Below, one piece after another: positions 19,696 through 26,876 of a stretch of 64,000 bases of DNA. Each line of letters opens with the position of its first letter. The stretch's first letter is position 1. A program made the translations under genes and the position numbers. The notes under the pieces are model-generated. The model saw only the letters and a list, made by a program, of their open reading frames with translations. It did no database searches and was not told the origin of the DNA. The stretch spans positions 18,014 to 82,013 of the forward strand of contig CAZRWT010000002.1 in the NCBI GenBank assembly GCA_964603955.1, given 5' to 3'. The stretch is from an uncultured Syntrophobacteraceae bacterium (GTDB lineage: Bacteria > Desulfobacterota > Syntrophobacteria > Syntrophobacterales > Syntrophobacteraceae).

Positions 19696-21765
19696 ATGGA
19701 AGCTCATACCGTGTGCCGTCTTTGTTCGGCCTGCTGTCCCGTGACGGTCACCGTGGAAGAAGGAGAGCTGGTCCGGGCAAAGCGAAAATCCTTTTTGCCC
19801 CCTCATGAGAGGCTCCATTGTCCCAAGCTGGCCGCAGCCTCCGAAATCGTTTATTCCCCCGACCGTATTTTGAAGCCTCTTGTACGCAACCGCAAGGGCG
19901 CCTTCCAGGAAGCGTCCTGGGACGAAGCCCTGGGCCTCACGGCCGAAAAATTTGCCCATTTCAAAGCCGCCCATGGAGCCCGGTCCGTCGCCTGGCTGCG
20001 GGGCATGGCCGCCGACTGGGGGGCTCCCTGGGACTACGCAAACCGGCTCATGAACGCCTTCGGTTCCCCCAACACCATCGGCAACGGCTCCGTATGCCAT
20101 GTGGCTCGAGACATGGCCCATGTTTACACCTATGGCGCCATGACCCTGCCCCAGCCCAAGTCTTCCCGATGCATCGTCGTTTGGGGTAAAAACGACCGCA
20201 ACACCGCACCGGGAGCCTGCGAAGCCATCTTCCACGCCCGGAAGCAGGGTGCCCGGCTCATCGTCGTGGACCCCATCCGCACCCCCTTTGCCCAAGCCGC
20301 CGACATCTGGCTCCAGGTCAAGCCGGGCCACGACGGCCCCCTGGCCATGGCCATGCTCAACGAAATCATCGCCCGGGGGCTCCACGACACCCGCTTCGTC
20401 AGCCGGTACGGCCTGGGATTCGAAGCTCTCCAGGCGGCAGCGGCCCAGTTTCCCGCAGAAAAAGTCGCCCGCGAAGCCTGGCTCGATGCGGAAGCCATCC
20501 GGGAGGCAGCCCGCCTCTATGCCGTAACCAAACCCGCCTGCATCATCGACGGCAACGGCCTCGACATGCAGATTCATGCCTTCCAGGCCACCCGGGCCGT
20601 TTGCATGCTGCGAGCCGTGACGGGGAATCTCGACCTGGACGGCGGCGACTTCATACCCCAGCCCGTCCCCGCCCGCCCCATGCAACTCCGGGAGCGACTC
20701 TCCGCCGACGTCCTCCCCATCACGGCCGACCACCCCCTCTTCGACACCTTTCACCCCACCTGGGGCCGCCACTCTCAGTCCTGCCTGATCGATGCGATTA
20801 TTGAAGAAAAGCCTTACCCCATCAAGATGCTCGTCGTCCAATCGGGCAACCCGGTGGTGACCATGACCGATGCGGCCAGAGTGCATAAAGCCATGGAAAA
20901 ACTAGAATTCATCGTGTCGATCGATCTTTTTGTGAACCGGACCGCTCAAATGGCCGACGTGGTTCTGCCGGCATCGAGTTGTTTTGAAAAGACCCAGCTC
21001 AATCGAGCCTCCCTGCGCAACAGCCCGGTCATACTTCAAACCCGTGTCATCGAGTGCCTCGGGGAGAGCCGACCCGACTGGGAAATCACCTTCGATCTGG
21101 GGCGGCGCCTGGGACTGGTAGAAGAATTTCCCTGGCAAACGGTCGAGGAAGCCATTGACCACCAGCTGGCCCCCTCGGGCCTCACCGTGGCCGCACTGCA
21201 TGAGAACCCGGACGGCCTGCGCGCCGGCCCCCTCGAGTTCGAAAAGCACAAGACTGACGGCTTCGCCACGCCCTCGGGCAAAATCGAGTTTTATTCGGAA
21301 CGGCTGGCCCAGGCCGGACATCCGCCCGTTCCTTTTATGGACGGCACCTTCGAAGACCCCTTGAGCTTCCGGGAAGAATGCGGGGAAAACGCAATGATCG
21401 GCATGAGCGGTGAGCGTACAAGACACTTCACCCACACCCAGTTCTTCCGGATTCCGTCTCTCCGCAAGCAGGAGCAGGAGGGCTTCATCGACTTTCACCC
21501 TCGGGACGCTGCCGTAAGGGGCATTGCCGAGGGGCAGTGGGTGACGGCTTCCAATCCCCGGGGACGTGTCAGAATGAAAGCCCGCATGAGCGAGGAGGTC
21601 CACCCGGGTTCCATCAGGATCGGGTGGGGCTGGGGAGAACTCGATCCCGAAGCCAACGTCAACAACCTGACCGACGACGACCGCAGGGACCCCGTCACCG
21701 GCACTCCGGCCAACCGGGGATTTTTCTGTCGAATCGAACCGGACTCGCAAGGATCGAACACCTGA
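19696..21765 (+). CDS. molybdopterin-dependent oxidoreductase (DMSO reductase superfamily, cytoplasmic, substrate unknown)
   Basis: 689 aa. N-terminal FeS motif CRLCSACCPV...CPK and no Tat signal. The candidate Mo-ligand region is GSVCHVARD. The C-terminal beta-barrel domain motif is VRMKARMSEEVHPGSIRIGWGW. Confidence 0.8.
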   Translation: MEAHTVCRLCSACCPVTVTVEEGELVRAKRKSFLPPHERLHCPKLAAASEIVYSPDRILKPLVRNRKGAFQEASWDEALGLTAEKFAHFKAAHGARSVAWLRGMAADWGAPWDYANRLMNAFGSPNTIGNGSVCHVARDMAHVYTYGAMTLPQPKSSRCIVVWGKNDRNTAPGACEAIFHARKQGARLIVVDPIRTPFAQAADIWLQVKPGHDGPLAMAMLNEIIARGLHDTRFVSRYGLGFEALQAAAAQFPAEKVAREAWLDAEAIREAARLYAVTKPACIIDGNGLDMQIHAFQATRAVCMLRAVTGNLDLDGGDFIPQPVPARPMQLRERLSADVLPITADHPLFDTFHPTWGRHSQSCLIDAIIEEKPYPIKMLVVQSGNPVVTMTDAARVHKAMEKLEFIVSIDLFVNRTAQMADVVLPASSCFEKTQLNRASLRNSPVILQTRVIECLGESRPDWEITFDLGRRLGLVEEFPWQTVEEAIDHQLAPSGLTVAALHENPDGLRAGPLEFEKHKTDGFATPSGKIEFYSERLAQAGHPPVPFMDGTFEDPLSFREECGENAMIGMSGERTRHFTHTQFFRIPSLRKQEQEGFIDFHPRDAAVRGIAEGQWVTASNPRGRVRMKARMSEEVHPGSIRIGWGWGELDPEANVNNLTDDDRRDPVTGTPANRGFFCRIEPDSQGSNT

Positions 21766-21941
21766 TCCCAACACAAAGGCAAGGGCGATTTCCCAAAAGA
21801 AACATCCCGGAGAGTCAACCGGTGTCTTCATTTTGTGGAATTGCCTGAGAAACTGGCTGAAAATTGTTTTTCTGTCCGGAGAATTGTGGACATAATGGAC
21901 AAAGTGGGAAGCGCATTTTTACCGAATCCAAGGGTAGACTG

Positions 21942-21982
21942 ACGTAGGGTGGGCACAATAAAGCGTTGTGCCCACCCTACGT
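21942..21982. terminator. 17-bp perfect hairpin between convergent genes (no U-tract)
   Basis: ACGTAGGGTGGGCACAA taaagcg TTGTGCCCACCCTACGT. It lies between the stop of the Mo-oxidoreductase gene (21765) and the stop of pabC (22026). Confidence 0.5.
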
Positions 21983-22025
21983 TAGGTCCGAACCGGCGGA
22001 TAAGCGGCCATTTCGTTGGGTATTC

Positions 22026-22883
22026 CTATCGTCCCCGCAACACCCAACGATTCCTGAGTTTCCGGGCCAGAACCCTTTCGAGTTCGGGCAGCGGTTTTCC
22101 GTCCACTTCCCTGGCGGGCATGATTCCCACCAGGGCGTTGAGGACCCACAGGGTTCGAACTTCCTCCAGGTCCCGAGGGAAGACGGGGCGCTCCCGCACG
22201 CTCTGCCCGGTTTCCTCGATCAGTTCCCGGACGGCATCGAGAGTGGTGCCCGGCAGACGGTGGGGGCTTCGGGGAACGACCCACCCGCTTTCCATCCTGA
22301 ACAGCAGGCTTCCCATGGAAGCTTCGGTGATTCTTCCCTGGTGGTCCATGAGGATGGATTCGTCTCGGCCCGCGTCCAGGGCGGCCTGGCGAGCCGCCTG
22401 GAAAAAAAGGTAGCTCAGGGATTTGTGTCGAGCCGTAAACGGTGCATGGCCTTCCCGGAAAAGGTGGAGGCGGATGCCGCATTCGTAAGCTTCTTCTCCG
22501 GGCGCGGCGAAGGGTCTCAGGAAACAACAGAGGGTGGGGGATGCGGATCGAGGAAGCCCCATGCGTGCCTCCACTCCCCGCGTCACGATGATCTTGGCGG
22601 CGGCGACCTGCCCGGCCGCCCCGTTGCGTTCCGCCAGTTCCACGAGGACGGCATGCCAGTGGGGGGGCGATTGCACGGAAATGCGCAGGTCGGCCAGGGA
22701 ACGCTCCAGGCGCTCCAGGTGCCGTTTCAGGTAGAGGGGGCGGCCCGTTTCCATGCGGATGGTTTCAAAAAGACCGTCTCCGAACTGGAATCCCCGGTCC
22801 AGGGGGGAGACGGCGGCCTCCCTTTCTCGGACGAATCGGCCATCGAGCCACAGCCAGGAGTCGAGGTGCGTGTCAGGGTTCAT
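22026..22883 (-). CDS. pabC: aminodeoxychorismate lyase (class IV aminotransferase fold)
   Basis: 285 aa. N-terminus LDGRFVREREAAVSPLDRGFQFGDGLFETIR. 4-nt ATGA overlap with pabB. Confidence 0.8.
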   Translation of the reverse strand: MNPDTHLDSWLWLDGRFVREREAAVSPLDRGFQFGDGLFETIRMETGRPLYLKRHLERLERSLADLRISVQSPPHWHAVLVELAERNGAAGQVAAAKIIVTRGVEARMGLPRSASPTLCCFLRPFAAPGEEAYECGIRLHLFREGHAPFTARHKSLSYLFFQAARQAALDAGRDESILMDHQGRITEASMGSLLFRMESGWVVPRSPHRLPGTTLDAVRELIEETGQSVRERPVFPRDLEEVRTLWVLNALVGIMPAREVDGKPLPELERVLARKLRNRWVLRGR

Positions 22884-24403
22884 GGGGCCTCTTCGTTCAA
22901 GGCTTGCAGGGTCTGGAAAAAAGTGAGCCCCTTGTGCAGGGTTTCTTCGTATTCCTCCCGAGGATCCGAATCGTAAACGATGCCGCCCCCCACGGAAAAA
23001 TACAGCCTGCCCCGGTGAACCAACGCGGTGCGTATGGCAATGCTCAGGTCCATGTTGCCGTGAATGCCCAGGTAACCCAAAGAGCCCGTGTAGATGTGGC
23101 GTGCGTGGGGTTCGATTTCATCAATGATTTCAATGGCTCTGATCTTGGGGCATCCCGTGATGGACCCGCCGGGAAAGGCGGCCTTCAAAATATCCCCCAA
23201 AGTCGTCCCTGGGACGGGTTCCCCCGTGACGATGGAAACCAGGTGATGGACGTTGCGGTAGGATTCGAGACGCTTGTGCTCGATGACGCGCACCGTTCGA
23301 GGGGCGCACACCCGCCCCAGGTCGTTGCGCTCCAGGTCCACGATCATGGAAAGCTCCGCGTCGTCCTTGGGGTGGTCGAGCAGCTCGTGAGCCAGCGCCC
23401 GGTCTTCTTCCTCCGTCTTTCCGCGAGGGCGCGTGCCCTTGATGGGGCGGGTTTCCAGCAGGCCCCCCTCGAGGCGCAGGAAGCGCTCCATGGATGTGGA
23501 GACGACCTGGTGGTCCCCCGCGTTGACAAAGGCATAAAACGGCGCCGGATTCCTTCGGAAGAGGGCGACCCACAGGTCGAAGGGGTTCCCCTGGAACGCA
23601 CAGTCGAACCTCTGCGACAGGTTGACTTGGTACGCATCTCCCGCACGGATGTAGTCCCTGACCTTTTCCACCGCCGTGAGGTATTCTTTTCGCGTGAAAT
23701 TGCTTTGCAGAGGCCCCACCCGGAAGGCTGCATCCCATTCACACAAGGGCCATGGGGATTCCAAAGGGTTGCTCGCCCGCTCCTTTTGGCCGGTCGTACC
23801 ATGCAGACCATGCAGACCACACGGATCACCCGCACCGCCGTCGTCCCCGGCACATCGTTCGTGTTCGTCGTGCGGCGTGTCGTCGTATGGCTCGTACCGG
23901 AGGTCCATCTCGTGAATCCGTCGTGTAGCCCGGTCGTGGATGAGCAGGCGGCGAGGCCACATGAGATAAATGTCGGGCAGGCCCAGCGGGTCACTGGCGG
24001 ATGTGGGGAGCTTTTCCAGGGAATTTTTCAGGTCGTAGGAGAAGTATCCCAGGGCGCCGCCGGAAAAAGGGGGGCATTGGAACGGGATTCCTCGCGAGCC
24101 GTCGAGAAACATTTTGTCCAGGATGCTCAGGGGGGGTGCGATGGTGGAAAATGTTTCGCGGCCCGTGGAGAGGGTGCAGCCGTCCCCTCGGGTGCGCAGA
24201 ACCAGGTGTGGGTTCCAGGCGGCCAGGGAATAGCGGTTGATGGAGTCGGTTCGCAAGGGGCCGCCGCTGAGGAGGAAAACACAGTGGGCGAAAGGGGCGA
24301 TGGGGCGGGCCAGTTGAAGGAACCGGTCGTCGTCCGCGTTTTCCTCCATGAGGCGCACGTTCACGCTCCGGATGTCGGCGATGGGAAAGCCCCTGGCGGT
24401 CAT
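22880..24403 (-). CDS. pabB: aminodeoxychorismate synthase component I (chorismate-binding enzyme)
   Basis: Start at MTARGFPIADIR (ATG 24403, overlapping the pabA stop as ATGA). C-terminal motifs PGGSITGCPKIRAIEIIDEIE, RHIYTGSLGYLG and AIRT...VGGGIVYDSDP. Confidence 0.85.
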   Translation of the reverse strand: MTARGFPIADIRSVNVRLMEENADDDRFLQLARPIAPFAHCVFLLSGGPLRTDSINRYSLAAWNPHLVLRTRGDGCTLSTGRETFSTIAPPLSILDKMFLDGSRGIPFQCPPFSGGALGYFSYDLKNSLEKLPTSASDPLGLPDIYLMWPRRLLIHDRATRRIHEMDLRYEPYDDTPHDEHERCAGDDGGAGDPCGLHGLHGTTGQKERASNPLESPWPLCEWDAAFRVGPLQSNFTRKEYLTAVEKVRDYIRAGDAYQVNLSQRFDCAFQGNPFDLWVALFRRNPAPFYAFVNAGDHQVVSTSMERFLRLEGGLLETRPIKGTRPRGKTEEEDRALAHELLDHPKDDAELSMIVDLERNDLGRVCAPRTVRVIEHKRLESYRNVHHLVSIVTGEPVPGTTLGDILKAAFPGGSITGCPKIRAIEIIDEIEPHARHIYTGSLGYLGIHGNMDLSIAIRTALVHRGRLYFSVGGGIVYDSDPREEYEETLHKGLTFFQTLQALNEEAP

Positions 24404-25098
24404 GGCGTTGCCTGCCGGCGGGAAGGAAAGGGCGGGGAATGGGATGGGGACTCCGGGCGGGGAAGTATCGCCCTGGGAAACCTGTCTTCCGCCGGTTTCA
24501 GCAATGGTGACGAGGGGAGGGGCTTCCACTCTGGATGGAGGGCGAGGAAACCGGCAATGAGTTCCGGTCCGTATTCCGTCATGAAGGATTCGGGGTGGAA
24601 TTGAACCCCCACGATGGGGTGGCGTTCGTGGGCCAGGCCCATGATCACACCGTCTTCCCGGCAGTGGGCCAGGACTTTCAGTGAAGAACCCCGGCCAGCC
24701 ACGCAAAGGGAGTGATAACGTGCGGCCTGGAAAGGGGAGGGGATGCCCGCGAAAATGCTTTCCCCGTCGTGCCGGATCGAGGACCGCTTTCCGTGAACGG
24801 GCACAGGGGCTCTGCCCGTTGTGCCCCCGAAAACTTCGTTGACGGCCTGCATGCCCAGGCAGACGCCCAGGGTGGGAATGTCCCGGCCCAGGCGGGCGAT
24901 GACTTCCTTGCTGATGCCCGCCCGGCAAGGGTCCTTGGGACCCGGCGAGACGCAAATCCAGTGGGGAGCCAGCGCTTCGATCTGCCGGATTGTGACGGCA
25001 TCGTGCCTGCGCACGATCACTTCCACATGGAACTCATAGAAGAGCTGCACCAGGTTGTGGGTGAAGGAATCGTAGTTGTCGATCATGAGCAGGCGCAT
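24400..25098 (-). CDS. pabA: glutamine amidotransferase component II (PabA/TrpG type) with Pro-rich C-terminal tail
   Basis: Start MRLLMIDNYDSFTHNLVQLF. Catalytic motif GVCLGMQ. C-terminal motif GVQFHPES. About 40 extra Pro-rich residues follow the core. Confidence 0.85.
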   Translation of the reverse strand: MRLLMIDNYDSFTHNLVQLFYEFHVEVIVRRHDAVTIRQIEALAPHWICVSPGPKDPCRAGISKEVIARLGRDIPTLGVCLGMQAVNEVFGGTTGRAPVPVHGKRSSIRHDGESIFAGIPSPFQAARYHSLCVAGRGSSLKVLAHCREDGVIMGLAHERHPIVGVQFHPESFMTEYGPELIAGFLALHPEWKPLPSSPLLKPAEDRFPRAILPRPESPSHSPPFPSRRQATP

Positions 25099-25707
25099 GG
25101 TGATGATTTTTCTTTTCAGTTTGCATCCATGATCCGGTGTTGGGCCGGATCGGGTTGCCGTCCACGGCGCCGTGGTCCCCAATGCCGCTCCACGGAAATA
25201 GAATGATCGGCGTGCATTGTGACACTCCGCTCTCACTGAAGTGAGGCGGCTTCTTGCAATGTTCTGCAAGCTGCAGGGGAATGTTCCCCCGGCCGGTGTC
25301 TCGGCGTCTAAGCGTACTCCGCTTACTCTAAAAAGAGCAGCCGGTCCACTATGCTTGGTTCAAAGCGGCGTTCAAGATTTTACATGCCGGACTTCCCGGC
25401 ACAACCCGCTATCTTGAGTTTCAAAGAACCCGTGTTCGTCTGGTTCTGATCCGTCTAGTCTGCCCGTGGGCCTTCGGGTTGTGAACTGCGAACACGCAGA
25501 AAAACTGTACAGAACATAGCTTCATAATGCAACAAAAACACATTTTGGCTGAAGCCGGAAAGCGCCTAACCTCTGCCACCGAAGTGGCGAGGCTTGCGGC
25601 GGGCTAAAGCCCTAAGTCGGTCAAGAGAGGCAAAGGGCACAATTCCTCAACAGGAAGGATGATTGTGGTGATTGACGGCATCGGCCGGTGTTGGTATTAT
25701 TGACAAC

Positions 25708-25990
25708 ATGGATGTTGAATTGATGCTCAAAGAACGACACGCCGTTTCCGAAAGTGCTTTCGTTGAAATGGTGGTGTGGCGATTGACCTTTCCTGTTGCA
25801 GGGAGCCTGCATGCGTTCGAGTACCGCCTGGCCTTTGTGGTACATGGTCATTGCGTGCTGCGATATGACAACGAGCGGGGCAAGGGCGATCACAAGCATA
25901 TTAGGAGACCAAGAAATTCCATACGCTTTCACCACGCCTCAAGCCCTGCTCGATGATTTCTGGAACGATGTGGACAACTGGAGGTACTAA
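25708..25990 (+). pseudogene. TumE-like (DUF6516) toxin gene interrupted by a +1 frameshift near 25900-25904
   Basis: Frame 1 reads MDVELMLKERHAVSESAFVEMVVWRL...HCVLRYDNERGKGDHKHI. The family-typical continuation GDQEIPYAFTTPQALLDDFWNDVDNWRY is in the +1 frame (track ORF 25796..25990). Skipping one A at 25903 joins the two. Confidence 0.6.
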
Positions 25991-25991
25991 A

Positions 25992-26333
25992 ATGCGCACC
26001 GTCACGCTGGGGATATCTTCTCGCGAAGAGGCTAACCGGCGGTTCCTTCGATCATGCGAAGGAGAACCGCAAGGTGTTTTTATCAGCTTCGAATCTGCTG
26101 CTCTTCTGTTTAAAGTGCTCACCGGCAAGCGCTGGGAACTGCTCGACATGATGACCGGCGCCGGGCCGATGACCCTGCGTGAGGCCGCGCGACGGTTGGG
26201 GCGGGACGTGAAAGCGGTTCATGGCGACGTGCATGCGCTTCTCGATGTGGGTATTTTGCAAAAGACGGACAATGGCCGCATTGAATTTCCCTTTGATGCC
26301 GTTTGTGTGAATTTCACACTGAAAGCCGCTTGA
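25992..26333 (+). CDS. HTH DNA-binding protein, putative TumA-like antitoxin/regulator
   Basis: Start MRTVTLGISSREEANRRF with GGAGG RBS, 1 nt after the toxin stop. The wHTH-like region is MTLREAARRLGRDVKAVHGDVHALLDVGILQKTDNGRIEF. Confidence 0.6.
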   Translation: MRTVTLGISSREEANRRFLRSCEGEPQGVFISFESAALLFKVLTGKRWELLDMMTGAGPMTLREAARRLGRDVKAVHGDVHALLDVGILQKTDNGRIEFPFDAVCVNFTLKAA

Positions 26334-26439
26334 AAAACGATTCGTGTTTTCTGCTCGGGAAGCTTTGCAATCCAGCCGAGAGCACGCCTTGGATCGCCTG
26401 AATGCAAGGGCCGGTGTCCTGCTCGAAAAGGATATACCG

Positions 26440-26726
26440 CACCACCTTTTTGTCCCGGCTGTTGGTTGTTCGAACTTCCTTTCGAGAAAACGCGCCTTGA
26501 ACTGGTCGTCATGGGGATACACATCCATCAGAGCAGCGATCACTTCTTGCGACCTGGAATACGTTCCGTCGGAAACTTTCCGGGCAATGTCGTTATACAC
26601 GCGCTCCTGTTCGTGGATCTGGAGGTTGCAAATGACATTGTAACGAAAGGACACCACGGCCAGGGCTCTGAGAATTCGAGCAAAGGCTCCTCGATGGACG
26701 TCGGAATTTTGCGTGTTGGAGTGCAT
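26440..26726 (-). pseudogene. remnant of a DUF262/GmrSD-like gene (internal fragment only)
   Basis: The first ~90 aa of ORF 26052..26726 (ILRALAVVSFRYNVICNLQIHEQERVYNDIARKV...ALMDVYPHDDQFKARFLERKF) resemble the middle region of DUF262-family proteins. There is no N-terminal DGQQR domain or C-terminal HNH domain, and the remainder of the ORF looks like noise. Confidence 0.3.
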
Positions 26727-26876
26727 GGTTGCCGTCCTCGCTTACCTTATTGCCCGGTAATGGACCAGCCTACATTTTGAAACGCCCGCACCACTTGCAT
26801 GGGTATGTATGGGATGGCCCCATCTGCCTCCGGTCATGGGAATGTTCCCCGGAACGATAAATGGAATCCGCAGCCT

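Noticed and set aside
25300-25620. I looked for a tRNA or tmRNA fragment or an att site at the edge of the AT-richer islet, and window-wide for tRNA T-arm motifs (GGTTCGAATCC-like), rRNA and CRISPR repeats.
   Set aside because: - No T-loop or acceptor-stem pattern was found.
- No regularly spaced direct repeats were found.
- Nothing resembles conserved rRNA segments.
- The search was by eye only.
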